The position numbers were made by a program, and so were the translations under genes. The notes beneath the pieces were generated by a model. The model was not told the DNA's origin, did no database searches, and was given only the letters and a program-made list of their open reading frames with translations. A DNA stretch of 64,000 bases from Ascidiella aspersa (taxonomy: Eukaryota): contig OZ004614.1 of NCBI GenBank assembly GCA_963924565.1, positions 20,398,001-20,462,000 of the forward strand. The letters are read 5' to 3'. Positions 1 through 46,310 of the stretch are shown piece by piece. Position 1 is the stretch's first letter; each line of letters begins with the position of its first letter.

Positions 1-254
1 TATTAACGAATCGTTCGCGACTGCACCAATGTACTACAAGAAACATGGGTCAACTGACCCTTGAATTTTTATAGGGCCGCGAAATATCAAAATAATTGCA
101 AAGGGCCCTCCAGGCAAAATTTTCATAACAGCTTGGGAACCGCTGGTCTACAGTTTGAACTAATGTATAGTGTTTAAAATCTTACATTTTTACATATTTC
201 GTGTGACTTCTCTTATCTCTATCTTCTAATACCTATGACTAACTGTGCTTTCAG

Positions 255-32848
<32,594 letters not shown>

Positions 32849-35805
32849 CGTCACACTGACCGCTGTGACGTAACAGTCACGACTCGTTTTGAATGATGCA
32901 CGAGACTTGAGCCGGCTTGGACGAAAAGGCCACGGTTTTCGAGGGATTTTCAATGTTTTTTTCTTTTAAATATCTACGAGTGGTGACCTATTGCATGTTT
33001 TGTAACGTTTTTTTTTCTTATGCTTGTGTTTAGCAAACTTTACTTGACGTTGCGTTTTGTCTCTGCGGATGTTCGATATTGTTTGATTCCTTAGCACGTT
33101 TAAAGTATTATTGGCTTGTAAGCGAAAACTCCAGGCGTATTTCAACGACACAAACACACAGATGTCGCAGCTTCGAACCGCTAAACTGCAAACTCCCAAT
33201 CTATTAAAGATACCATCTGTTGTGGTTTTCCAACTGCCCTTACGTGCTTTTATGGATATCAAGAGACAGTCTTTACTTATGTTAGTCTTATTTTATTTAT
33301 TCTTAAGTGAGCTGTAACTCCCACTATTTCTGTGACATGATTTGGATTTTGTCTACGAATTACTAACTTCACAAAACGTTTTTTTTTCGCTTATTTTAAG
33401 CTTAAGGTGGGATTATTTATTTCGGCATTGAAGAGTGTGTGTCGCCCGGGTTTGAAAATCATCCGGACAGCTCAAAAAAAAATTAAATTTAAATTCTAGC
33501 CACACATCTCCACCGGACCCAATTTTGACAATAAATTCGAAAGTTTTCTGTTTCACAGTAAAACTAAACCAGAAACTAACTAAACTTCGAAATAAACTTG
33601 AAACTAAACTTCGGTCCACCTAGTGACGCAGTAGAAACTTTCTCTACCGCCGCAATAAACTAAAAATAAACGACTTCTACTTTGGTCCAGGCCAAACCCA
33701 CAATTTGTCTTTTAACTTCTAATTAGCATCGATCCGAACTCTTGTTGTGATACGAAAGCATTCCCTTTGTGACGCAACACTTGCGCCTGTTGTTTATCGA
33801 ACCGGGAGCAATTGGGTGCGGAAACCGTCGCTGATATTGTTTCAAAGTTGCGGCTTTTCTCCTAAAAGTTTTCTTTGCGTTTCGTCGTAAACCTTACCGC
33901 AAAAATCGGCTGCGGTTTTGTGTGGAACGCCTTCTAAGCGTTACCTGTTCTACCACCACTTGAATTTTAGATTTACAACGCTTGTCTTGCACAGAAATGA
34001 AGCAAAACGGTAAAACGCCTCCCGCTTTAGTGTTGATTGACGTTTTTTTATTTATTATTTACTTTTGTTAAAATTACACAACGTGCTGAGCGCTGAACAT
34101 AAACAAGGTAAGAAACAGGCCTTCGTGTATTGCAAGTGTAAAATCAATGGTACACAATCTAACTATTGCTTGCCAGCTTTAAATAGCACTGGAATGGAAA
34201 TTTTATGCCGTACCTCTCACCCGTTTTTCACATTTTTTAAGTAACATATCTCATTTTGAAAGTAACTTATCTTGAACCCTCTTTTTTAATTCTACCAAAC
34301 ACCAGAGTTGTCTCTTTTATTCATTCAGAAATCTAGTTGCATTTTTTGTTGCATGCCACGCTTTGCCATGTTCGTGTTAACTGGTTTTGCACGATTTCTA
34401 TTTACATATTTATTTGGCATGGCCTACAAACAGCTTGTGTCATGACACTTCGTACGAAATAAATGGAAAAACTCCTACTTAGACGCCAGTAACGTTTCTT
34501 GAATCGTATGTAGTTATCGTTATGGATTTTAACACGTTCGCATAGTGTATCCCACGTCCTATGCTATTACATATTACAAGCAATATGATCTGAAGTAACT
34601 GCTGCATAATACAAAAAACTAAACTGAACTGCGAGAACCTTAAAAATGGAGTTCGCTCCACCAGGCAACATATCAGTAGATAGAAATCGCTCTTCTGGTG
34701 CAAACGAAGTATAAACCGACGTTTTCAGGGGTTTTCACCTCGTCAGGGTTAATGAACTGTGAGAACCTTCAATCGCTATCTGCTTTCCTTTACAGCGACT
34801 TCTCACAATTTTCTGATTCTTCCGACTCTTTTTGAACGTCACTCCCTTCTTCGGCATCTTCATTTCATTGTAGCACAAACTGGTGATTTCTGCTTTTCTT
34901 TTCACACGTCATGTAACTGGCATCCGTGTGCTCTGTATTACTGGTGTTCTTATTCTCCGGCCGGCAAAAAAGCCAAACTGTCTTCAGCTATAAATATACA
35001 ATTAAAAGAAAGTAGTTTTCAATTTCACTTTTCGCGTCCCGAAATGAACCCATTTTAATGCGTCGCATTTCTGCACAATACTACACCGATTCGGGAAATA
35101 AAAAAACGTGTTGAAGCCTTCCACAACTGTCGCGTCACCATTTGTGTTTGTTTTTTGTCTAGTTTACGTGCTTTTTGTCGCATTTCTTTAACCCTCGCAA
35201 AACTAAGCCTCGTGTGACGTATATTTCCATTATAGCTTGGATCCCATTTGCTTTTGGTTATTTGAAAAAGTTTAATTGAGTTTGTTTTAACTTTTCATGC
35301 AACGGCGTCGTTTATCGCCATGACGTTTACTAGTTTGTTGCGTGAAAAATAGCGAGTCCCATAAAAAACTAGCGGTACACATATTTCACAAGCTGAATAA
35401 AGCTGTGCGACGTAAATGAGTTCGGTATTTTGTTTTGAAATCGCCTTGCAAAAACGATTTCACGTGGTAGGCACTGTGAAAGTACTGTTTAACTGACCTA
35501 TCGTGCATGGTAGTGGCTTAACGTTTCCGCCATTTTCTGTTGGTCACTTTATTCTTGGATAAAAAACACGACCGAAAAAGACCGTAAAGCGCCACAAGAT
35601 TACTTAAACCCCACAGTGAACTTCCAGAATCTGACAAATCCGTTTTTTCACTAAATTTTTTCGTGGTTCAAATCGCCCATAATTGATTATATCACCCACG
35701 AGTCGCTTGACGTGTGTTTGTGTCTAGATATTTTATTTGCTTGTCTTTCTTTTAGTTTTTGTGCTTGTCAAACATATTATATGACTAATACTGTGTTTCT
35801 TGTTC

Positions 35806-35811
35806 AATAAA
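35806..35811 (+). terminator. Candidate poly(A) signal for the NTE gene (other AATAAA hexamers exist, e.g. 33654)
   Basis: AATAAA after U-rich sequence and followed by GU-rich ctgtgtttct. Confidence 0.35.
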
Positions 35812-35815
35812 CGCA

Positions 35816-36040
35816 CTGTGTTTCTGGGGTTAATTCCCAACTGTGTTTCTGAGGTTAATTCCCAACTGTGTTTCTGGGGTTAATTCCCAACTGTGTTTCT
35901 GGGGTTAATTCCCAACTGTGTTTCTGAGGTTAATTCCCAACTGTGTTTCTGGGGTTAATTCCCAACTGTGTTTCTGAGGTTAATTCCCAACTGTGTTTCT
36001 GGGGTTAATTCCCAACTGTGTTTCTGGGGTTAATTCCCAA
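35816..36040. repeat. Minisatellite, 9 x 25 bp
   Basis: Unit ctgtgtttctg(g/a)ggttaattcccaa. Confidence 0.97.
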
Positions 36041-38913
36041 AAGCTATAGGTCTTACTCTGGTGTATATTCGAAACATTTTTGCTCCATTGCCGATGTTTT
36101 ATTACATTGGGCATTGCTGTCAGAACGGTGTATAGACTTTGGGATATTATTTTTGTTAAAAAGGTACTTTTTAAATATAGTTGAGAAATTAAAGCAACAA
36201 AGTCCATTCCATATATTTTTGTCCAGGATAAACAAAATGGACTTACTAATTTGTAATTTGCTATATAAATAACTTCCAAGAAGATAAGGCAAGATTTTTT
36301 TTTCTTGCATAAATTGCCCGTAGTAATTCTGCAATGAATAAAAAACTAAGTTATTATACCACCTGATATAGGAAATCACTGCTTTGATAGTTTTTCGGGC
36401 ACTCCGCCTCTAATAGTTGTTTTTATTTTTTCTACAGTCCATAGTTTTGTATTGTTAAGTTCCCTTTAATGATACTTTCTACCAGAGTTGTAAACTGCCA
36501 TTTTGTAATGACTTGTTCCAGTCAAGTCAGTTAGACACCATGTCAAATCATTGACATAAAAATAAAACATTAAACTATTCAACTTGGAAAAATTATCCGT
36601 CTATGAGTAATATCTAAACTTATAAATAACAAAAACGTAACCCATAGCACGCTAATTTTTTAAGGTTGAAAACTGAAATAATACCCTATTTATATATATA
36701 AAAAACACTAAATTTTAACCGAAGTTATTTGACAAAATAAAGTCCCAAGGAGTTTGTCCAGAACAATTTGTTCATTTAATTTAAAAACAGGACCAAGTCA
36801 TTAACTTATGCCATTACAACATTGTGTTTTACTATAGGCCTACATGTCCAACTAAGTCAGGCGTTTTAAGCATTTGACCCAGCGCCCACAAAAACCTGTT
36901 ACCTGTCCTCAAGGTGACTCCCATGCATGTCTGTTTTCCGTCTAACTATTATAACTACGTATTTTATTGTCAAATGCCCGTCGACAAGTTAGAGGGGGGT
37001 TAATGTGCCCAAAAGGTAATCCATAATTTAGAGGGTCAATAAGTTTTTTGATAGAAAATCGATAAAATGCGCTCCATGAGGACCTGACGTTACTGGTACT
37101 CATTGACACTTAATGCCTCATCGTGTCAAAATTACCTTCCAATTACTGTGAGGCCATACTGGAACTGGCTTCCGCTAATGGTTTACGGTGCTGAAAAAAT
37201 AAAATATTCGACATTTATGATACGAGCACCTTTGGGGAGTTGCGGTTTTTAGTATTTGCATAACCTAACGATTTATTTGCATAACCTACCGATTTTTAAA
37301 CAAACAAATCCGACCAGGCTAAAACAATTGGTCTTTACGCGTTTTAGCGTTAATTGGTTTTTTAAGCACTTTCATAGGCCATTTACTTTTTAATGTGTGT
37401 TGTATTTTGTATTTTACAAAAACGCAGGATCCCGTATGTTTATTTTGTGAGAGAAACGTTTGCTTATCAGGCAACACTATGAAATTATTACGCCTTCCGC
37501 CATCCAATTATAGAATAAATTAAAAGTTGAAAAGTTATCTGAGTGTTTTATCAATTATCTTCTGGTCCAGACGCATATTATACAGGTCGGAATGTAGCCA
37601 ACCTATACGCCTATAACAGCCATTTTTTGAGGCTCCCTATATTAATCGTATGGCTGCCTGTTCTGTACTTGACTGGCCGCACGCTACTTAGGGATCAGGC
37701 GCTATTTTTACCAGGGCGCCGATTTTCATTTGGCGCTGAGCTATTTCTAAGCGCAAGGCTTAAGCTTGATAAGTGTGAAAGTAACCCACTCGCTGATCTA
37801 AAACCCAACCGGTGCCCTTTTACAAAAAGGTCGCCTGTCTGGTGTCCAATTTGCCATTTTTGCACAGCAATATAAAATTTTAAAGATCGCGAACGACATT
37901 TTAAAAATCATTAAAACTGTATCTATTTTGTCATTAAAATATGTAAGTAAATGTTATTAGGAAGAAAGTTCATCTGATAAACTTAGATAACCTTCGTTCT
38001 GAATGGACGAACAAAAAATGATAACGCTAAAATGTCGCACAATATTTTTAGAAACCCTGAAAAACTTGTGACGTTTAAAATGATCCAGCTTTATAACTTA
38101 AGATTTGTTTTTACTTTATTGAATGATTTTTATAACTTTGTATTACCCAAACATTTATTTATTTTATAAGTGTAGGCTAATAGGCCATGTCTTCAAAACT
38201 ATATCTTTTGTTAACTTCTACTATGTAGGCTAATTTGATTTTTTTAATTTATAGTATAGCTATACTGTACTTTAGTTCGGTTTAGGGAAATTTCTTTATC
38301 CAGAAGGTGCCATGCATACTATAGTATGTCAAACAGCTGAACGCCGCGGCACACCTGCTATGGTCTCGCGACAAGGCGGTTGCAAAGCACTTCACTATTT
38401 GGATCCAAATATTTTGTATAATTATTTCAAATCCAGATTGAACCATGACCGCAATTTTTTAAATCATACTTGATTGATTTATGACTTAACTTTGTAAAGT
38501 AAACTCTTAAAGTATCATGTGCTCTGGTAGGGAAATAAAAATATGTCCGGTACCATAATTTATCGTTCCGAAAAAAAAATGTTCTATCAGTCCAGGCTAT
38601 AAGCATAGGATTATACAGTTTTTGCTTGTTGTGTAATTGATTTGCAGTAAATTTATTTTCCCAAACCACATTTAACGCAAGCCTTGGTTTTGTTGCAAAT
38701 CAATGAGTTCCCTTATTTCAATCACGGTATTCCAAAACTAATCTGTCACCTTTTTGCCAATTCAAACATTTTAACGAATTTTCTGGCAAACGCTTTGTCG
38801 CCAACTTTTTGACAGCATGTCAAATAAATGTCATGCTTCCCGTTACGAAAACTATTCCACTTTCATCTCTAGTAGGATGCGAAATAATTCAACTTTTTCA
38901 AATGTATCTAAAT

Positions 38914-39285
38914 TAGTTATGTCCGACACTAAAATTTTAATCGGATACCGATAGCCGATATTTTTGAACAAAAGTATCGCGATCTGCTTCGATACCAATG
39001 ACGTCATTACTTTGCTGAAACAAACTAAAATATTTAATTAAAACGTTAAACGATAATTTTTCCCAAGTTATTAAGTTAAAACTCACTTTTAGCGTTAAAA
39101 GGTTTGGTAACTATTATGTGTTAACTGTTTTATAGAAGTTGCAGTGTTGGATGGTAAACCATGGCGAAAAAGCCTGGTAAATTAGTAGCTGATCGCCACC
39201 GATATCACCCTAGTATCGGACGAGTACTGATACTATCACTTGGCATCAGGTATCGGCCCCGACCTGCTATTACCGGACATCCCTA
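38914..39285. mobile_element. Degenerate hAT-like MITE with CCGATA repeats
   Basis: tagttatgtccg/cggacatcccta ends. Confidence 0.65.
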
Positions 39286-40557
39286 TATCAAATCCTGGCT
39301 TAAAAACATGTCATCATCGGCAGCTGTACTATATTAGGTATGATATAGAATATTGTAGTTGAAAAGTACAAAGCACCGAACATCTCAGTCAATGCGCAAC
39401 TGTTTACAAGCTAAGGCATTCTACTTGTTTAAACTAGGCGTCAGGTTAAAAGTTACAAGAAACCTGGGGTTATGAAAAGCGTAATTGTATGGGCAGGAGA
39501 TAAAAAAGGGGCAGACAGACGCTTGTTTCTCAGCAGCTGGACGCCTCTAAACAACAACCACATTATCGTCTTTATAAATAGGTGTTGTTGCTTCTATATT
39601 TAAACGTACAAAGCAACGTGTGGTATTTGAACGAGTTTAGTTTTCTGTGTTTACTGCAGTACATTGTTTGCGGCGGGCAGTCATGCAAATATTAGCAGCC
39701 AAAAATTATGGTCGTCGTTAGCAATAGCGGTGAATCATATCTTCGGCTTTCATTCTAATTTGACTGCAATTACCAAAGGTTTCAAAGGAAGGCAATAAAC
39801 TTTTTCAGAGTTCTCGAGACAGAAATGTAGAGAGAATTTTCTATGATTCATTGCCTTTTTTTAAAACAAGTCGGGAGAGCTTTCTTTTCCAATTTTCCAA
39901 AACGATTTTGGAGCCTTATCAGGCTGTATTAATTGTGAGCTAAAGTCGCGTAGTTTATCTTAAGCATTATGACGTCATCCCAATACGCTCGGAGTTTTGT
40001 GGTTGTTTGTGACAAATAATATAAATTATTTTGCCGTGAACATGATTGCCGAACCCAGTTGTTTCGAGTGAGAAACTAAGATTTTGTTTTCACATGGTTT
40101 TGATTGTGAATTTTTACAAAAAAATAAAAAAACAATTCAAGTCCCAGTTTAAATCATCAGTTACCCCAAGTTTTAGTCCAGTCATTAGTGAAGCAAGTCA
40201 ACTTTCAGTCAAGTAATTGACGTAAAAATTAATCGTTAAACTATTACAATTTGTAACGTCCAATAAATAAGTATTCCCTCAACCAAAAAAAATCGTAAAA
40301 TAGCAAGATAATTGTTTTACGTGCAAAAAATAAGATAATAAACGTTATTTCATAAAAAAGTCACTGAAAACACTTAAATGTTTTTTTCAATGAAAACACT
40401 TAATGCTACCCTGGTCATTTGGCACAATGACTCAAGTTCAAGTCTAATAATTTTTATAAAAGAAGTCAAGTCAATTTATGCCAAATAACTTAAATCAAGT
40501 CAAGACATCAAAAAACAGTGACTTAAGTGACCTTAGGTTATTACAACACTGGTAGTT

Positions 40558-40678
40558 GATCGACAGATTCGTGATTAAGCGATGGCTTTCAGTGTACTAA
40601 GCATACGTGAGCCGTAATAGTTGGTCAAAACGCAGCTTAGGAAGGGCTAGATCTCAGTTGTTAACACACGTATGTGTG
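40558..40678 (+). mobile_element. 3' fragment of the same SINE
   Basis: gatcgacagattcg...gggctagatctcagttgttaacacac. Confidence 0.75.
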
Positions 40679-41583
40679 CATGTTTCCTTGAACACTGGTA
40701 ACATATTTAACACTGAGCGTATATGTGGTTTTCCTTGGTGGAAATCTCAAAATTTGGTTTGGTCGGGAGTTGCAACAAAAGTCCATTGGTAAGCGTATTC
40801 CAGTGTGTTTTCCAACTCTTTGAGCTCGCGCAAAACAAAAGCTCCGCAGCCATTGTCGGTTGATTACGATGCGTAACCCTACTCCCTGGGTATGTCGGAA
40901 CTTTTTAAAACTACGAAAAAAACAACCAGAGAGGTCAAATTTGGCCAGCGCTGCATTATAGGCGCCTATGGTTGGGAGGTGGCCTTTGATTTTATTTATC
41001 TTGATCAAAACTTTATTTTAAATCTATTTTTAATAAAATATTTTCTGATTTTTGAAGATATTTTTATTAGCTCGAAAATGATACCTGCACACGATTAGAT
41101 AAATATATATATATCTTGTTTTGTTCAAAGATGCGCGTTGAACCAGTATCTTACACTTGTGTTGTCCTGTTTAGCCTAAGCCCTATAATTTAGTGTTTGG
41201 GCCTAAATTTAACTAAATACGCTTTTATCAAAATAAATCAGTTGAACCAATATTATTATTTTCCGGTGTAAAAAAAGGTCAGTTTTTTTTTTTATTTTTA
41301 TAGCTTAGTGGTTTCCAACCTGGGGGTCCTTGTGATCCCTCAGTTCACCGCCAGTCTAAACATCGTGTTTATGTGGCAGTTGTCGCAGTGAACCAGTCGT
41401 CATAATGACGTCATCATTACGCTTGGTTTTAAGCATTTTTTTTTATAAAATTTGGTTTATCCTATTTTTTTATTTTATGTAATTGTTGCACATAAAATAA
41501 TTTGCTTCCGGAAAATTACGTTTTTGGTCTTTTCAGTTGAGGTATTGACCATAATAATCGGACAGGAAAAGTGTAATATTTAT

Positions 41584-41941
41584 CAGTGTTGTAATGACTT
41601 ATGCCAATGACTTGGCTTAAGGGAACTTAAGTTACTGTGTTCAAATGACTAGACTTTCCTTAAGTCTTTCGGACAGATGACTTGACTTGACTTAAGTCTT
41701 TTAGACAAATGACTTGGGTTGAAATGAGTGTTATTTTTCAGTATTTTTTTTTATAAAGTTGAGCTAATTTATCCAAATGTTTGCACATAAAACAAATCGC
41801 TTGCTATATGTTGCGTTTTTTAATTTTTTAGTTCAATTATGACTTGTTATTGATTCAAAAGACTTGACTGAGTCTTAAGTTATTTTACAAATGATTTGTC
41901 AAGGGCTTCAGTCATTTCAAAATGATTTGCTTACAATAATG
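41584..41941. mobile_element. MITE family C with TGACTT/AAGTCA subterminal repeats (related copies ~36483-36824, ~40130-40551, 44456-44766, 59005-59281, ~62447-62490)
   Basis: TIR consensus cagtgttgtaa/ttacaacactg; dense gacttgactt motifs. Confidence 0.75.
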
Positions 41942-43733
41942 GAGGTTATACCTTACTTTTAGCTAGTTGTGCATACCTTTGGTGTAAATTGGACCTTTTA
42001 GACATATTTTGAAACAATCGGTGCAGAAATGTGAACAATTTGCTAGTTTGAATGTGATTCTAATTATATCTGGCTTATCATAAAATCATACACCGAAATC
42101 GTTATCTCTTATCGTACACCGAATAGCCTATTGTTATCGAAAACGATAATCGCGCGAACAAAAAGTTTGGGCTATTTAAATTAATTAAGTTTTTACGAAT
42201 GTTTTTTAGTTTGGTTTTACCATTTTTTAACCAAAATATTGTACTTTAATAACATTTTGGAAAAAACCTGCTCCACCCATTCGTCCTAAATGAAAATGTG
42301 CTGTTGGCAATGGAGTTGCTTTTCGAGGAGTTATTTAAAGAAGCGAACGAGATTTGTGCACCACTAATTTAAAATCATAAAACTGTAATTCACCACTAAT
42401 GTCACAGACTAAGCATTTTTCAGGTTACTCTATTTGCAGTAGGTCAAATCGAACAATACTTTCTGGTTTCCTACGGCTGAGCTTACTTTACTAAGACGTC
42501 TCGACATGACGTAACTTTGTGAATTTTTGCCTTGTAATAAGAAATTATTCTAGTTACACCCCTGGTGTTAAACTTGCAAACAATTGAATTATTATTTGGT
42601 CTATGTTTCCTATGAATTGTAGTTGCGCAGAATATTTTATGGTTTGTTGTGTGTTGTTTTCGCCTTATTTTCACTGTTGCGCTGCCACTTACTTAACTTT
42701 CCTTGCCTCTTCACTTATTCGCCCCACTTTTCACCTGTTTATACCTTATTTAATCACGTTTGCTGTTCACCTTTTTATCTGTCGTTACTGTAGCCATCAC
42801 ACATTTTTTGCATGACCTTTAGTTTTAGAAAGCTTTATGAAAGTTAAGAGTCAGGTTGGGCAAGGCTGGGACAACCACCTGTTAAAATCGACTTACTTTA
42901 CGCCCGATTTTAATCGCTGGCCGCTTTATAAATTTTTTCAAATCGTTGGCCGCTTTATATTACGCCCTTAAATTGTTTTATGTTTTATTTGTAAGTTCGC
43001 CCGTGTGTATCGCCCTATATTATATACAACACTGATACGTCTCGTGTAGTGCTCCAACATCCGACAGACCGGTAAGTAGAGAGTCCTGAAACTTTGGCGT
43101 AACATTGTTATTCTTAGCATAAGGCTGGGGCTTTTAGGAGTTTGCCGCTATACTTTTTCAGGGGAAATATCTATTCCGTTGACCTTAGGAACGTCCAAGA
43201 CCCTTTTTGGCTTGTACTCTAAAGTATTCGGGTCTTTAAAATGGGAAGACGTTAAGGTGGCCATGGGTCTGAAGCTTTAAATGCATTAAAACCTTCAAAC
43301 CCAATCCGACCCTCCCCCTCTACACATACACACACACCCAAACATACACTCTTTCGTCTCCCGGATTCCAAAAAAAGCGCCAACGTTGTAAGGCGATAGG
43401 TCGGCGGCAATTTTTCCCTGTTGATCCGGGCTATTTTTAACCGGCAGCGGTGTTCGGCAAAGTACGGACCTGAATAGGATCCCGTTTCGGCGCACAATGT
43501 ACGGGTGTCCGCTTTCTGCGTGCCCCGTCCGTCTCCTACATTGGCTTCCATACAAGCGGGGCGTAAGTTAGCCAGTAAACAAGTGGCTCGCGTTACCCGC
43601 TCCAGCCGCTTGTCATAACCAGGGATCAGGGCACCCCTAACGACAAGTTCTCAAAGCGAAAGTGCTAGGCGCTTTGTAGACTCACTGTCGCTGAGCCGAA
43701 ACGAGAAAAGTTTAAAGCTAAATGCGTTTTGAG

Positions 43734-43995
43734 CAGTGCTTCTTAATCAGGTAAATGGTTCACCCCGGGGTAAATAAAATTTTTGCAGGGGTGAACCAAG
43801 CAAACGGGGGGAATAAGGGTGAACCGTCAGAAATGGATGATAGCTTGCGAGCAGGGCGGATATTCCTTGTTCAACCTGTTCAGTGAACAGGTGAGAATTT
43901 CCAAAATCATATCATAAGACAAGGGACACAAGGTGAATGAAATCTGGAGATATATGCTAGGGGTAAACAAAACTAAAAAAGTTTAAGAAGCACTG
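43734..43995 (+). mobile_element. hAT-like MITE family A
   Basis: Matches 6977-7221; TSD gttttgag/gttttaag. Confidence 0.9.
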
Positions 43996-45984
43996 GTTTT
44001 AAGAATAGCTTTGCAGGTTTGATCACCAGTAGGACATTACCACGATAGTACAAACGGAATAAATTATTGTTGATTTATGAACTGATATGCAGGCATGCTT
44101 GAGGTAAATTGTTCTGAAGACATAGAAAACTAGAAATGCACGCTTACAATTGGAGTATAGACTGTTGTGTAAGTTCAGTGTTGTAGCGCAGAGTTCCACA
44201 TCCTGTAACTTTACTTCGTTTCTCATCTCTGCTTCACAACAAACTTGTTACTCACTAATCTTCGCGCAACAAGTGAGATTTACGGCACTGGATAGCAAAA
44301 GCTTTCGAAATCACTAAGTTGTGAATAACTGCGGCAACTATTAAAAGGGTACGTACTGTACAACGTATGTATTACTTTTTAATTTCGTGTCATAACGCCC
44401 CAGACCACCTGTGCAGTCGACCATCAATGGTCCGCGGACCACAATTTAAAAAAACCCTGTTGTAGCGCACTTAAGTCCCTGATTTCATATGACTTGACTT
44501 AACTTGAACTTAGGTCATTGGGTCTGCCAATGACTTGGGCCAAAATCAAGTGTTTTTACCGGCTTGTTTTTTCAAGTGTTTTTCTATCAGTTACTCGGTA
44601 ATTGACTTGCTCTAACAACGACTCCACCGGGATTTGACTTGGGCAACCGACCTGGTCTAGGACCTTTTCTCTTTTTTCGCAAAATACTTGACTTGGACTT
44701 GAGTTGTTTTCGAAATATCTAGACTGGGATTTAAGTCACTACAGAACGTAGTGGTTTACAATACTGGATAAGTACCGAGTACGAGATTGTCGCTCATTAC
44801 GCACAGAGTGGTTTAAAATCTAGCAGAAGTTTGCTTTAGAAATTTAACAAACCTACTGGCGCCGTGCGACTATTATACCAATCTTTAATTATCGTTGATA
44901 GAATTTGCCGTTATACAGTTTGTTGGACAGGTGACCCAATTCGCTGTGGAGACATTTTCCTTAAATGTGAAAAACTTTAACGCTCACGCTATTTGCGTAA
45001 CTTACATACGTTCCTAAATGTAAAATTTAAAGTTATACCGCGCCACAAAATGGAAATATAGCGACCTTATGTGTTGAGAAGTTTGGCGGGATAATGTAGC
45101 CTATTTCAAAGGATAATCAAAAAACTTGAAGTGTAAATTGCATTTTTGCCCGAAGAACTTTTATGTCAACTATACTTTCGCGCTCTGGAAAGGTGGTTAA
45201 ACAAAAAAAGCAAAACCTTTGTACATCTCGAAAACACCATCCGTCAAGTGAGAAAAGTAGGGTTTATTTTGTAGCAATCAGTTGTTCAGGTTTTTATCCT
45301 GTTGTTGCCTGTTTTTTCTCTCATTTTTACTCTATGTTTATCGTGAAATGTGCTATACGCGCGTTCAGCGGCACCCTCATAAAGACGTCAAAACGTTCGA
45401 GCAGCTTTATAAGATCCAGTATAGAGTTGTTTTAATTAATATCACGCCTGTCAGTTTAAATAAATGTGGTCTAATTCAGTTTGGTCTGATGACAATCGAG
45501 CTTTGTTTTTTCTGTTGAAAGTATAATAATTATACGATTTCGTTTTTTCCTTTTTTCTTTATTTCTCTCTCCTCTTTTTTCTCTCTTTTTTTTCCTTTTT
45601 ACTCCCTGTATCGCTCTTCCTACAGTCGCATAACCTCCCCGCTCTCCATGGTTCGCATCCATATTCATTTCCCAAGTGTTCGAAGCCCAGAGGGACCGCG
45701 GCCCCGATAAGTGGATCTGTATCGATCGTTGAATCGATAAACATAAAAGTACACCCCTCGCGTGTCACGTTTCACCAAACCTAATCGCGGCTCCCACTTT
45801 AGGGTCGAAAAAATTTGCCACCTGAAATTTACCGAGCGCCTATAACTGCGATTGTCAAACTTTCACAGCTTGTTGCATACTATGAGAATGCAAAAATAAG
45901 AAGAATTTTGTTAAGGTGTATGGGGATTATGGGGCTTTTCTTAAAGTGTTGAAATGAACCCAATTTGGTGAATTAGATCTAACA

Positions 45985-46310
45985 CAGTGGTTCTTAAACT
46001 TTTATTACCGCGAACCCCTACAATTTTTTTTGCTTTGCATGGACCAGGTAGGCAAGAAATTTTAGAGATTATAAATCGACGTCACTTTACCAATAGACGT
46101 CAGAAATCTGCTGTTTCCAGTCCAAAAAGTGTCAACGTGAAACAGATTAGAAATACGTTCAGTGCAAAAACGTTTCATTTTTAAACTGTTTTCTTTGAAA
46201 AATTGATTACTTTCCAAATATACACTAATATTTCAATTAGGCCTTGGACCTCGTAAAACTAGTGCACGTACCCCCAAGGGGTCCATGGACCCCCAGTTTA
46301 AGAGCCCCTG
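45985..46310 (+). mobile_element. hAT-like MITE family D (related copies ~1862-2192 and ~63409-63709)
   Basis: TIR cagtggttcttaaact/agtttaagagcccctg; perfect TSD atctaaca. Confidence 0.9.

Noticed and set aside
35816-36040. Regular 25-bp repeats resembling a CRISPR array (also 30190-30452)
   Set aside because: Head-to-tail units with no unique spacers, no cas genes, eukaryotic context.
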